A DNA stretch of 64,000 bases from positions 15,235,432-15,299,431 of the forward strand of contig NC_092679.1 in NCBI RefSeq assembly GCF_964355755.1, given 5' to 3'. The notes under the pieces were generated by a model. It ran no database searches, was not told where the DNA came from, and was given only the letters and a program-made list of their open reading frames with translations. Position 1 is the stretch's first letter. Every line of letters begins with the position of its first letter. Below, piece by piece: positions 37,101 through 50,974 of the stretch. The stretch is from Antedon mediterranea (Eukaryota; Animalia; Echinodermata). Made by a program: the position numbers and the translations under genes.

Positions 37101-40100
37101 GGTTATCACGTCTGCTTCACACGCAGAAGGTCCCCGGTTCGAGCCCGGGTGGAACCTGTTTTGTTTAATTGATTTCTTTTTATTGAAAAACATAATATAT
37201 CCTTTTAAAATTAGGTATTCAACATGTTTACCAATAATGTGCTTAGATATTCAACATGTTTACCAATAATGTGCTTAGCCGGTTTTCAACATGTTTACCC
37301 ATAATGTGCTCAGTTATTCAACATGTTTACCAATAATGTGCTTAGGTATTCAACATGTTTACCGTAAATGTGCTTAGGTATTCAACATGTTTACCAATAA
37401 TGTGATTTGGTATTCAACATGTTTACCAATATGTGCTTAGGTTTTTAACATGTTTACCAATAATGTGCTTAGGTATTTAACATGTTACCAGTAATGTGCT
37501 TAGGTATTCAACATGTTACCAATAATGTGCTTTTGTATTCAACATGTTACCAATAATGTGCTTAGGCATTCAACATGTTACCACTAGCTTTGTGCTTATT
37601 ACCATATTTATTCGTAATTTAAATCGATTAAAAAACTTTATGTAAACTACGTTATTGCTGTACGTGGTTTCGTAGTGTAGTGGTTATCACGTCTGCTTTA
37701 CACGCAGAAGGTCCCCGGTTCGAGCCCGGGCGGAACCTGTTTCTTGATTAATTGTTTTTTTTTATTGAAAGGTACATTTTTAAAATTATTATTTAAACAC
37801 TTAATTTACTGATTCAGCGTTATGTTATTTAAAGAGGCTTCGTAGTGTAGTGGTTATCACGTCTGCTTAACACGCAGAAGGTCCCCGGTTCGAGCCCGGG
37901 CGAAACCTATTTTTTTAACATTATGGTGAAAAGTACTGTATACTCAATATAATATACCGTACAGTATATCTTATTTTTATTACTTTTTTAATATACTTAT
38001 TTTGTGTAATCGGTAATTATCACTTTTACACCTGTTTTTTTGGGCTTTGTGCTTATTACTATATTTATTTGTAATTTAAACAGATTAAAAAATTTTGTGT
38101 AACGCACATTGTTGGTGCAAGTGGTTTCGTAGTGTAGTGGTTATCACGTCTGCTTAACACGCAGAAGGTCCCCGGTTCGAGCCCGGGCGAAACCTATTTC
38201 TTCATTATTTATTTGCGGATTATATGTTTTTAACACCTCCTTCCAAGCTTTAACATTTTAGTTTGTTTTTGTCGTTTTTTGTTATTCAATTCGCTTCGGA
38301 AAAATTTGTAAATCACAGCATTATACTTAGAAGCGGTTTCGTAGTGTAGTGGTTATCACCTCTGCTTCACACGCGGAAGGTCCCCGATTCGAGCCCGGGC
38401 GAAACCTATTTCTTCATTTTTTATTTGCGGATTCTGCCATTATTATATGTTTTTAACACCTCCTTCCTAGCTTTTACGTTTGAGTTTTTTGATTTTGTGG
38501 TTTTTTTGTTATTCAATTTGCTTCACAAAAATTTGTAAATCACAGCGTTATTCTTATACAATCGGTTTCGTGGTGTAGTGGTTATCACGTCTGCTTCACA
38601 CGCAGAAGGTCCCCGGTTGGAGCCCGGGTGGAACCTGTTTTGTTTAATTGATTTCTTTTTATTGAAAAACATATATCCTTTTAAAATTAGGTATTCAACA
38701 TGTTTATCAATAATGTGCTTAGATATTCAACATGTTAACCAATAATGTGCTTAGGTATTCAACATGTTTACCCATAATGTGCTTAGCCGGTTTTCAACAT
38801 GTTTACCCATAATGTGCTCAGGTATTCAACATGTTTACCAATAATGTGCTTAGGTATTCAACATGTTTACCGTAAATGTGCTTAGGTATTCAACATGTTT
38901 ACCAATAATATGCTTTGGTATTCAACATGTTTACCAATATGTGCTTAGGTTTTCAACATGTTTACAAATAATGTGCTTAAGTATTTAACATGTTACCAGT
39001 AATGTGCTTAGGTATTCAACATGTTACCAATAATGTGCTTTTGTATTCAACATGTTACCAATAATGTGCTTAGGCATTCAACATGTTACCACTAGCTTTG
39101 TGCTTATTACCATATTTATTCGTAATTTAAATGGATTAAAAAACTTTATGTAAACTACGTTGTTGCTGTACGTGGTTTCGTAGTGTAGTGGTTATCACGT
39201 CTGCTTTACACGCAGAAGGTCCCCGGTTCGAGCCCGGGCGGAACCTGTTTTTTGATTAATTGGTTTTTTTTATTGAAATATACATTTTTAAAATTATTAT
39301 TTATACACTTAATTTACTGATTCAGCGTTATGTTATTTAAAGAGGCTTCGTAGTGTAGTGGTTATCACGTCAGCTTAACACGCAGAAGGTCCCCGGTTCG
39401 AGCCCAGGCGAAACCTATTTTTTTAACATTATGGTGAAAAGTACTGTATACGCAATATAATATACCGTACAGTATATCTTATTTTTATTACTTTTTTAAT
39501 ATACTTATTTTGTGTAATCGGTAATTATCACTTTTACACCTGTTTTTTTGGGCTTGGTGCTTATTACTATATTTTATTTGTAATTTAAACAGATTAAAAA
39601 ACTTTGTGTAACGCACATTGTTGGTGCCAGTGGTTTCGTAGTGTAGTGGTTATCACGCAGAAGGTCCCCGGTTCGAGCCCGGGCGAAACCTATTTCTTCA
39701 TTATTTATTTGCGGATTATATGTTTTTAACACCTCCTTCCAAGCTTTTACATTTTAGTTTGTTTTTTTCGTTTTTTGTTATTCAATTCGCTTTGCAAAAA
39801 TTTGTGAATCACAGCATTATACTTACAAGCGGTTTCGTAGTGTAGTGGTTATCACGTCTGCTTCACACGTGGAAGGTCCCCGATTCGAGCCCGGGCGAAA
39901 CCTATTTCTTCATTTTTTATTTGCGGATTCTGCCATTATTATATGTTTTTAACACCTCCTTCCTAGCTTTAACATTTGACTTTTTTGATTTTGTGGTTTT
40001 TTTGTTATTCAATTTGCTTCACAAAAATCTGTAAATCACAGCGTTATTCTTATACAATCGGTTTCGTGGTGTAGTGGTTATCACGTCTGCTTCACACGCA

Positions 40101-41366
40101 GAAGGTCCCCGGTTCGAGCCCGGGTGGAACCTGTTTTGTTTAATTGATTTCTTTTTATTGAAAAACATATATCCTTTTAAAATTAGGTATTCAACATGTT
40201 TACCAATAATGTGCTTAGATATTCAACATGTTAACCAATAATGTGCTTAGGTATTCAACATGTTTACCCATAATGTGCTTAGCCGGTTTTCAACATGTTT
40301 ACCCATAATGTGCTCAGGTATTCAACATGTTTACCAATAATGTGCTTAGGTTTTCAACATGTTTACCGTAAATGTGCTTAGGTATTCAACATGTTTACCA
40401 ATAATGTGCTTTGGTATTCAACATGTTTACCAATATGTGCTTAGCTTTTCAACATGTTTACCAATAATGTGCTTAGGTATTTAACATGTTACCAGTAATG
40501 TGCTTAGGTATTCAACATGTTACCAATAATGTGCTTTTGTATTCAACATGTTACCAATAATGTGCTTAGGCATTCAACATGTTACCAGTAATGTGCTTAG
40601 GTATTCAACATGTTACCAATAATGTGCTTTTGTATTCAACATGTTACCAATAATGTGCTTAGGCATTCAACATGTTACCACTTATGTATTCAACATGTTT
40701 AACAATAATGTGCTTAAGTATTCAACATGTTTTATCACTTTTACACATGTTTATTTAGCTTTGTGCTTATTAACATATTTATTCGTAATTTAAATGGATT
40801 AAAAAACTGTATGTAAACTACGTTGGTGCTGTACGTGGTTTCGTAGTGTAGTGGTTATCACGTCTGCTTTACACGCAGAAGGTTCCCGGTTCGAGCCCGG
40901 GTGGAACCTGTTTTTTGATTAATTAGTTTTTTTTTATTGAAAGATACATTTTTAAAATTATTATTTAAAAACTTAATTTACTGATTCAGCGTTATGTTAT
41001 TTTAAGGGGCTTCGTAGTGTATTGGTTATCACGTCTGCTTAACACGCAGAAGGTCCCCGGTTCGAGCCCGGGCGAAACCTATTTTTTAACATTATGGGGA
41101 AAGTACTGTATACGCAATATAATATATACCGTACAGTATACCTTATTTTTATTACTTTTTTAATATACTTATTTTGTGTAATCGGTAATTATCACTTTTA
41201 CAACTGTCTTTTTGGCTTTGTGCTTATTACCATATTTATTTGTAATTTATACAGATTAAAAAACTTTGTGTAACGCACATTGTTGGTGCAAGTGGTTTCG
41301 TAGTGTAGTGGTTATCACGTCTGCTTAACACGCAGAAGGTCCCCGGTTCGAGCCCGGGCGAAACCT
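34130..41366 (+). tRNA. tRNA-Val loci
   Basis: Starts: 34130 TAC, 34296 AAC, 34584 AAC, 34796 CAC, 35025 CAC, 35215 AAC, 35575 CAC, 36185 TAC, 36357 AAC, 36644 AAC, 36856 CAC, 37085 CAC, 37666 TAC, 37836 AAC, 38123 AAC, 38335 CAC, 38564 CAC, 39174 TAC, 39344 AAC, 39632 deleted, 39831 CAC, 40060 CAC, 40837 TAC, 41008 AAC, 41294 AAC. Confidence 0.9.
39632..39691 (+). pseudogene. tRNA-Val with the 13-nt anticodon-arm deletion
   Basis: Identical to 21442. Confidence 0.9.
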
Positions 41367-41533
41367 ATTTCTCATTATTTATTTGCGGATTATATGTTTT
41401 TAACACCTCCTTCCAAGCTTTTACATTTTAGTTTGTTTTTGTCGTTTTTTGTTATTCAATTGGCTTCGCAAAAATGTGTAAATCACAGCATTATACTTAC
41501 AAGCGGTTTCGTAGTGTATAGTGGTTATCACGT

Positions 41534-41952
41534 CAAAGAACTTATAACACAAGAATCTCCTGTTCTTCAATTTGCATTCAAAACACAGTATCGGAAGTAC
41601 AGGGTTAAAAGGTCAAACTGGGCGACGCCATTTCACAGCATGGAGCAGCGTCCCCTCCAAACTAGGAAGTCAATTACTCTACCCCCCCCCCTCCCCCTAG
41701 AGTATTAGCAGATCCCCTGTATGATTTTGACTTTCTAATTTGATGCGGGCGCCCTACTCTTCAGTCAATTACTCTATCCCCCCTAGAGCATTAGCAGATC
41801 CCCTCTATGATTTTGACTTTCTAATTTGATGCGGGCGCCCTACTCCATGGCTCACAATGGCGCCACCCATAGCTCTATTCTATCCCACAATGCCTTTCGA
41901 AATTGTTACGCGCTTCGGACGAACAGGAGATTCTTGTGTTATAAGTTCTTTG
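41534..41952. mobile_element. Third copy of the P-like MITE, inside tRNA-Val(CAC) 41505-42007
   Basis: Same TIR and site; the right TSD reads ATCACCT. Confidence 0.9.
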
Positions 41953-42747
41953 ATCACCTCTGCTTCACACGCGGAAGGTCCCCCCGATTCGAGCCCGGGC
42001 GAAACCTATTTCTTCATTTTTTATTTGCGGATTCTGCCATTATTATATGTTTTTAACACCTCCTTCCTAGCTTTTACATTTGAGTTGGTATTTAAAATTA
42101 GGTATTCAACATGTTTACCAATAATGTGCTTAGATATTCAACATGTTAACCAATAATGTGCTTAGGTATTCAACATGTTTACCAATAATGTGCTTAGCCG
42201 GTATTCAACATGTTTACCGTAAATGTGCTTAGGTATTCAACATGTTTACCAATAATGTGCTTAGGTATTCAACATGTTTACCAATAATGTGCTTAGATAT
42301 TCAACATGTTAACCAATAATGTGCTTAGGTATTCAACATGTTTACCCATAATGTGCTTAGCCGGTATTCAACATGTTTACCCATAATGTGCTCAGGTATT
42401 CAACATGTTTACCAATAATGTGCTTAGGTATTCAACATGTTTACCGTAAATGTGCTTAGGTATTCAACATGTTTACCAATAATGTGCTTTGGTATTCAAC
42501 ATGTTTACCAATATGTGCTTAGGTATTCAACATGTTTACCAATAATGTGCTTAGGTATTTAACATGTTACCAGTAATGTGCTTAGGTATTCAACATGTTA
42601 CCAATAATGTGCTTTTGTATTCAACATGTTACCAATAATGTGCTTAGGCATTCAACATGTTACCACTAGCTTTGTCCTTATTACCATATTTATTCGTAAT
42701 TTAAATGGATTAAAAAACTTTATGTAAACTACATTGTTGCTGTACGT

Positions 42748-45700
42748 GGTTTCGTAGTGTAGTGGTTATCACGTCTGCTTTACACGCAGAAGGTCCCCGG
42801 TTCGAGCCCGGGCGGAACCTGTTTTTTGATTAATTGTTTTTTTTTTATTGAAAGATACATTTTTAAAATTATTATTTATTTATTTACTGATTCAGGGTTA
42901 TGTTATTTAAAGAGGCTTCGTAGTGTAGTGGTTATCACGTCTGCTTAACACGCAGAAGGTCCCCGGTTCGAGCCCGGGCGAAACCTATTTTTTTAACATT
43001 ATGGTGAAAAGTACTGTATACTCAATATAATATACTGTACAGTATATCTTATTTTTATTACTTTTTTAATATACTTATTTTGTGTAATCGGTAATTATCA
43101 CTTTTACACCTGTTTTTTTGGGCTTTGTGCTTATTACTATATTTTATTTGTAATTTAAACAGATTAAAAAACTTTGTGTAACGCACATTGTGGGTGCAAG
43201 TGGTTTCGTTGTGTAGTGGTTATCACGTCTGCTTAACACGCAGAAGGTCCCCGGTTCGAGCCCGGGCGAAACCTATTTCTTCATTATTTATTTGCGGATT
43301 ATATGTTTTTAACACCTCCTTCCAAGCTTTTACATTTTAGTTTGTTTTTGTCGTTTTTTGTTATTCAATTCGCTTCGGAAAAATTTGTAAATCACAGCGT
43401 TATACTTACTAGCGGTTTCGTAGTGTAGTGGTTATCACGTCTGCTTCACACGCGGAAGGTCCCCGATTCGAGCCCGGGCGAAACCTATTTCTTCATTTTT
43501 ATTTGCGGATTCTGCCATTATTATATGTTTTTAACACCTCCTTCCTAGCTTTTACATTTGAGTTTTTTGATTTTGTAGTTTTTTTGTTATTCAATTTGCT
43601 TCACAAAAATTTGTAAATCACAGCGTTATTCTTATACAATCGGTTTCGTGGTGTAGTGGTTATCACGTCTGCTTCACATGCAGAAGGTCCCCGGTTTGAG
43701 CCCGGGTGGAACCTGTTCTGTTTAATTGATTTCTTTTTATTGAAAAACATATATTTTTTATTGAAAGATACATTTTTAAAATTATTATTTAAACACTTAA
43801 TTTACTGATTCAGCGTTATGTTATTTAAAGAGGCTTCGTAGTGTAGTGGTTATCACGTCTGCTTAACACGCAGAAGGTCCCCGGTTCGAGCCCGGGCGAA
43901 ACCTATTTTTTTAACATTTTGGTGAAAAGTACTGTATACTCAATATAATATACCGTACAGTATATCTTATTTTTATTACTTTTTTAATATACTTATTTTG
44001 TGTAATCGGTAATTATCACTTTTACACCTGTTTTTTTTGGGCTTTGTGCTTATTACTATATTTATTTATATTATATGTTTTTAACACCTCCTTCCTAGCT
44101 TTTACATTTGAGTTTTTTGATTTTGTAGTTTTTTTGTTATTCAATTTGCTTCACAAAAATTTGTAAATCACAGCGTTATTCTTATACAATCGGTTTCGTG
44201 GTGTAGTGGTTATCACGTCTGCTTCACACGCAGAAGGTCCCCGGTTCGAGCCCGGGTGGAACCTGTCCTGTTTAATTGATTTCTTTTTATTGAAAAACAT
44301 ATATCCTTTTAAAATAAGGTATTCAACATGTTTACCAATAATGTGCTTAGATATTCAACATGTTAACCAATAATGTGCTTAGGTATTCAACATGTTTACC
44401 CATAATGTGCTTAGCCGGTTTTCAACATGTTTACCCATAATGTGCTCAGGTATTCAACATGTTTACCAATAATGTGCTTAGGTATTCAACATGTTTACCG
44501 TAAATGTGCTTAGGTATTCAACATGTTTACCAATAATATGCTTAGCCGGTTTTCAACATGTTTACCCATAATGTGCTCAGGTATTCAACATGTTTACCAA
44601 TAATGTGCTTAGGTATTCAACATGTTTACCAATAATGTGCTTAGGTATTCAACATGTTTACCGTAAATGTGCTTAGGTATTCAACATGTTTACCAATAAT
44701 GTGCTTTGGTATTCAACATGTTTACCAATATGTGCTTAGGTATTCAACATGTTTACCAATAATGTGCTTAGGTATTTAACATGTTACCAGTAATGTGCTT
44801 AGGTATTCAACATGTTACCAATAATGTGCTTTTGTATTCAACATGTTACCAATAATGTGCTTAGGCATTCAACATGTTACCACTAGCTTTGTCCTTATTA
44901 CCATATTTATTCGTAATTTAAATGGATTAAAAAACTTTATGTAAACTACATTGTTGCTGTACGTGGTTTCGTAGTGTAGTGGTTATCACGTCTGCTTTAC
45001 ACGCAGAAGGTCCCCGGTTCGAGCCCGGGCGGAACCTGTTTTTTGATTAATTGTTTTTTTTTTATTGAAAGATACATTTTTAAAATTATTATTTATTTAT
45101 TTACTGATTCAGGGTTATGTTATTTAAAGAGGCTTCGTAGTGTAGTGGTTATCACGTCTGCTTAACACGCAGAAGGTCCCCGGTTCGAGCCCGGGCGAAA
45201 CCTATTTTTTTAACATTATGGTGAAAAGTACTGTATACTCAATATAATATACTGTACAGTATATCTTATTTTTATTACTTTTTTAATATACTTATTTTGT
45301 GTAATCGGTAATTATCACTTTTACACCTGTTTTTTTGGGCTTTGTGCTTATTACTATATTTTATTTGTAATTTAAACAGATTAAAAAACTTTGTGTAACG
45401 CACATTGTGGGTGCAAGTGGTTTCGTTGTGTAGTGGTTATCACGTCTGCTTAACACGCAGAAGGTCCCCGGTTCGAGCCCGGGCGAAACCTATTTCTTCA
45501 TTATTTATTTGCGGATTATATGTTTTTAACACCTCCTTCCAAGCTTTTACATTTTAGTTTGTTTTTGTCGTTTTTTGTTATTCAATTCGCTTCGGAAAAA
45601 TTTGTAAATCACAGCGTTATACTTACTAGCGGTTTCGTAGTGTAGTGGTTATCACGTCTGCTTCACACGCGGAAGGTCCCCGATTCGAGCCCGGGCGAAA

Positions 45701-48700
45701 CCTATTTCTTCATTTTTTATTTGCGGATTCTGCCATTATTATATGTTTTTAACACCTCCTTCCTAGCTTTTACATTTGAGTTTTTTGATTTTGTAGTTTT
45801 TTTGTTATTCAATTTGCTTCACAAAAATTTGTAAATCACAGCGTTATTCTTATACAATCGGTTTCGTGGTGTAGTGGTTATCACGTCTGCTTCACATGCA
45901 GAAGGTCCCCGGTTTGAGCCCGGGTGGAACCTGTTCTGTTTAATTGATTTCTTTTTATTGAAAAACATATATTTTTTATTGAAAGATACATTTTTAAAAT
46001 TATTATTTAAACACTTAATTTACTGATTCAGCGTTATGTTATTTAAAGAGGCTTCGTAGTGTAGTGGTTATCACGTCTGCTTAACACGCAGAAGGTCCCC
46101 GGTTCGAGCCCGGGCGAAACCTATTTTTTTAACATTTTGGTGAAAAGTACTGTATACTCAATATAATATACCGTACAGTATATCTTATTTTTATTACTTT
46201 TTTAATATACTTATTTTGTGTAATCGGTAATTATCACTTTTACACCTGTTTTTTTTGGGCTTTGTGCTTATTACTATATTTATTTATATTATATGTTTTT
46301 AACACCTCCTTCCTAGCTTTTACATTTGAGTTTTTTGATTTTGTAGTTTTTTTGTTATTCAATTTGCTTCACAAAAATTTGTAAATCACAGCGTTATTCT
46401 TATACAATCGGTTTCGTGGTGTAGTGGTTATCACGTCTGCTTCACACGCAGAAGGTCCCCGGTTCGAGCCCGGGTGGAACCTGTCCTGTTTAATTGATTT
46501 CTTTTTATTGAAAAACATATATCCTTTTAAAATAAGGTATTCAACATGTTTACCAATAATGTGCTTAGATATTCAACATGTTAACCAATAATGTGCTTAG
46601 GTATTCAACATGTTTACCCATAATGTGCTTAGCCGGTTTTCAACATGTTTACCCATAATGTGCTCAGGTATTCAACATGTTTACCAATAATGTGCTTAGG
46701 TATTCAACATGTTTACCGTAAATGTGCTTAGGTATTCAACATGTTTACCAATAATATGCTTTGGTATTCAACATGTTTACCAATATGTGCTTAGGTTTTC
46801 AACATGTTTACAAATAATGTGCTTAGGTATTTAACATGTTACCAGTAATGTGCTTAGGTATTCAACATGTTACCAATAATGTGCTTTTGTATTCAACATG
46901 TTACCAATAATGTGCTTAGGCATTCAACATGTTACCACTAGCTTTGTGCTTATTACCATATTTATTCGTAATTTAAATGGATTAAAAAACTTTATGTAAA
47001 CTACGTTGTTGCTGTACGTGGTTTCGTAGTGTAGTGGTTATCACGTCTGCTTTACACGCAGAAGGTCCCCGGTTCGAGCCCGGGCGGAACCTGTTTTTTG
47101 ATTAATTGTTTTTTTTTTATTGAAAGATACATTTTTAAAATTATTATTTATTTATTTACTGATTCAGGGTTATGTTATTTAAAGAGGCTTCGTAGTGTAG
47201 TGGTTATCACGTCTGCTTAACACGCAGAAGGTCCCCGGTTCGAGCCCGGGCGAAACCTATTTTTTTAACATTATGGTGAAAAGTACTGTATACTCAATAT
47301 AATATACTGTACAGTATATCTTATTTTTATTACTTTTTTAATATACTTATTTTGTGTAATCGGTAATTATCACTTTTACACCTGTTTTTTGGGGCTTTGT
47401 GCTTATTACTATATTTCATTTGTAATTTAAACAGATTAAAAAACTTTGTGTAACGCACATTGTGGGTGCAAGTGGTTTCGTTGTGTAGTGGTTATCACGT
47501 CTGCTTAACACGCAGAAGGTCCCCGGTTCGAGCCCGGGCGAAACCTATTTCTTCATTATTTATTTGCGGATTATATGTTTTTAACACCTCCTTCCAAGCT
47601 TTTACATTTTAGTTTGTTTTTGTCGTTTTTTGTTATTCAATTCGCTTCGGAAAAATTTGTAAATCACAGCGTTATACTTACTAGCGGTTTCGTAGTGTAG
47701 TGGTTATCACGTCTGCTTCACACGCGGAAGGTCCCCGATTCGAGCCCGGGCGAAACCTATTTCTTCATTTTTTATTTGCGGATTCTGCCATTATTATATG
47801 TTTTTAACACCTCCTTCCTAGCTTTTACATTTGAGTTTTTTGATTTTGTAGTTTTTTTGTTATTCAATTTGCTTCACAAAAATTTGTAAATCACAGCGTT
47901 ATTCTTATACAATCGGTTTCGTGGTGTAGTGGTTATCACGTCTGCTTCACATGCAGAAGGTCCCCGGTTCGAGCCCGGGTGGAACCTGTTCTGTTTAATT
48001 GATTTCTTTTTATTGAAAAACATATATTTTTTATTGAAAGATACATTTTTAAAATTATTATTTAAACACTTAATTTACTGATTCAGCGTTATGTTATTTA
48101 AAGAGGCTTCGTAGTGTAGTGGTTATCACGTCTTCTTAACACGCAGAAGGTCCCCGGTTCGAGCCCGGGCGAAACCTATTTTTTTAACATTTTGGTGAAA
48201 AGTACTGTATACTCAATATAATATACCGTACAGTATATCTTATTTTTATTACTTTTTTAATATACTTATTTTGTGTAATCGGTAATTATCACTTTTACAC
48301 CTGGTTTTTTTGGGCTTTGTGCTTATTACTATATTTATTTATATTATATGTTTTTAACACCTCCTTCCTAGCTTTTACATTTGAGTTTTTTGATTTTGTA
48401 GTTTTTTTGTTATTCAATTTGCTTCACAAAAATTTTTAAATCACAGCGTTATTCTTATACAATCGGTTTCGTGGTGTAGTGGTTATCACGTCTGCTTCAC
48501 ACGCAGAAGGTCCCCGGTTCGAGCCCGGGTGGAACCTGTTCTGTTTAATTGATTTCTTTTTATTGAAAAACATATATCCTTTTAAAATAAGGTATTCAAC
48601 ATGTTTACCAATAATGTGCTTAGATATTCAACATGTTAACCAATAATGTGCTTAGGTATTCAACATGTTTACCCATAATGTGCTTAGCCGGTTTTCAACA

Positions 48701-49317
48701 TGTTTACCCATAATGTGCTCAGGTATTCAACATGTTTACCAATAATGTGCTTAGGTATTCAACATGTTTACCGTAAATGTGCTTAGGTATTCAACATGTT
48801 TACCAATAATATGCTTTGGTATTCAACATGTTTACCAATATGTCCTTAGGTTTTCAACATGTTTACAAATAATGTGCTTAGGTATTTAACATGTTACCAG
48901 TAATGTGCTTAGGTATTCAACATGTTACCAATAATGTGCTTTTGTATTCAACATGTTACCAATAATGTGCTTAGGCATTTAACATGTTACCACTAGCTTT
49001 GTGCTTATTACCATATTTATTCGTAATTTAAATGGATTAAAAAACTTTATGTAAACTACGTTGTTGCTGTACGTGGTTTCGTAGTGTAGTGGTTATCACG
49101 TCTGCTTTACACGCAGAAGGTCCCCGGTTCGAGCCCGGGCGGAACCTGTTTTTTGATTAATTGTTTTTTTTTATTGAAAGATACATTTTTAAAATTATTA
49201 TTTAAACACTTAATTTACTGATTCAGCGTTATGTTATTTAAAGAGGCTTCGTAGTGTAGTGGTTATCACGTCTGCTTAACACGCAGAAGGTCCCCGGTTC
49301 GAGCCCGGGCGAAACCT
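42748..49317 (+). tRNA. Three seven-gene units (period about 2055 bp) plus the start of the next unit
   Basis: Starts: 42748 TAC, 42914 AAC, 43202 AAC, 43414 CAC, 43642 CAC, 43832 AAC, 44192 CAC; the same order at 44965, 45131, 45419, 45631, 45860, 46050, 46410 and at 47020, 47186, 47474, 47686, 47915, 48105, 48465; then 49075 TAC and 49245 AAC. Confidence 0.9.
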
Positions 49318-49332
49318 ATTTTTTTAACATTA

Positions 49333-50774
49333 TCTATATATAAATTTACGTAAGGGAAAAATTCGGTAAATCTCGGTTTATTTCTAGAATTTCTACTCGA
49401 TGGTATATAAAGTTGGTTCATACTTTCGGTACTGATTTTAACCATCTGATGTAACCCTGTTTACTAATTAATTTGAGTTAGGTAATTAGTTATTGACGAT
49501 TAAAACGAATTTAGGTTCAACGATTTGCCCCAAATAGGGGTGTTTTCCGATCGTGGTATACACTGTCTAATGGATGTCCATCTTGAAAAATACCCGCCAC
49601 AAAAATACGAGGAGGCTTCGCATTTTCCTATCTCCTCCTACGATAATTGTTTTTAATAGCTGAAAACTGGTTGAACAGCTAGAGTACAGCATCATAATGT
49701 TGAAGACAGGCCGATTTTCTTAAAAAATACTATTTTGATAGATTTAATATACGATTATACAAATGTATTGATTTGCGATGAATGGAACATTCCAATCTCT
49801 GTTTCACAAGTGTCTATTCCCTCAGGCGTCGTAAAGGCAAGTACAGTACTGTATACTCGAAATTCGATCCATTTTTGTTTTCAATCTGTGCTGCAGAGGT
49901 TGGATATAATTTTTTTTTAAACGGATAATGAACTAGCGTTTTCACTCGCCGTATATTATGTACAAATCTTTATTATTGCAGTTAAACCACCCACATCATC
50001 ACCTTTCCCTCACTGGCATGAGTAGCGTTGTAAAACCAGTAGAGAATAGGCCTACGGTACATCACATGCCCTAAACGCAGAACAACTTTGGTGGGTAGGG
50101 TAGGAACCAACTTAAGTATGAATTGGCTCTAAGAAACAATTGAAAACCATTAGGCCTACTAATTAAGTTGAGTTAGATAATTTAATATTTATTGACGATT
50201 AAATCGAATTTATGATTTTCCCCGAATAGAGGTGGTTTTCACAAATTGTTTTACATTATATTATAAACATATACACGTCGTAGTGATGTATCGTTACATG
50301 TGCTGTACTATTTCAATCGACTAGGACGGTGATAGTTTCAACAAAGTATTACATCGCAATGTTTTACTGTGTTTAGTGGTATATTATTTGTAAAACATGA
50401 AAGCAATTAATATTTCGTTACTAAATGGATAAAGAATATATTTTAACATTGTTCCTCTTTGCACCCATCCTCTTCCCCATCCCTCAACCCTAATGTTACA
50501 TACAAAACACAAATTAAGTTTGTTTAAATTTGACTTAAACAATTGGTCTTATTTTGTGACAAGTTTTTCTTTCGGAAGTAATAGGGTGCTAATTTTAGTT
50601 GAGTACATAAATCACAGTGTCTATTTATTCGTTCCTGTACACGACATGTATTATTGTCCTGCGGTACGTACATATGAAATCGCCAGTTTTTTAACGCTGA
50701 AATTATTATGTATTCGAGAACCATCTGTGGGCACGACCTAGATGGTACGCGAGCGAAGCGAGCGTACCATCTAG
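49333..50774 (+). mobile_element. Non-autonomous Helitron, 1442 bp
   Basis: Empty sites elsewhere read AACATTA/TGGTGAAAAG. Here TCTATATA...CTAG is inserted between the A and the T with no TSD. A 3' hairpin lies at 50738-50774, and there is no Rep/helicase ORF. Confidence 0.92.
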
Positions 50775-50974
50775 TGGTGAAAAGTACTGTATACGCAATA
50801 TAATATACCGTACAGTATATCTTATTTTTATTACTTTTTTAATATACTTATTTTGTGTAATCGGTAATTATCACTTTTACACCTGTTTTTTTGGGCTTTG
50901 TGCTTATTACTATATTTTATTTGTAATTTAAACAGATTAAAAAACTTTGTGTAACGCACATTGTTGGTGCCAGT

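Noticed and set aside
3726-43616. Repeated short ORFs (MVIPGSSPGETY..., MVFCYLICF..., MRILPLLYV..., MLVQVVSW..., MAPPIALF...)
   Set aside because: They are chance frames through tRNA genes, T-rich spacers, the MITE and the minisatellite. Many start at GTG/TTG, they are low-complexity, and they recur only because the DNA is repeated.
49735-50741. Rep/helicase or captured coding exons in the Helitron ORFs
   Set aside because: The frames are only 61-82 aa and show no recognisable HUH or helicase motifs.
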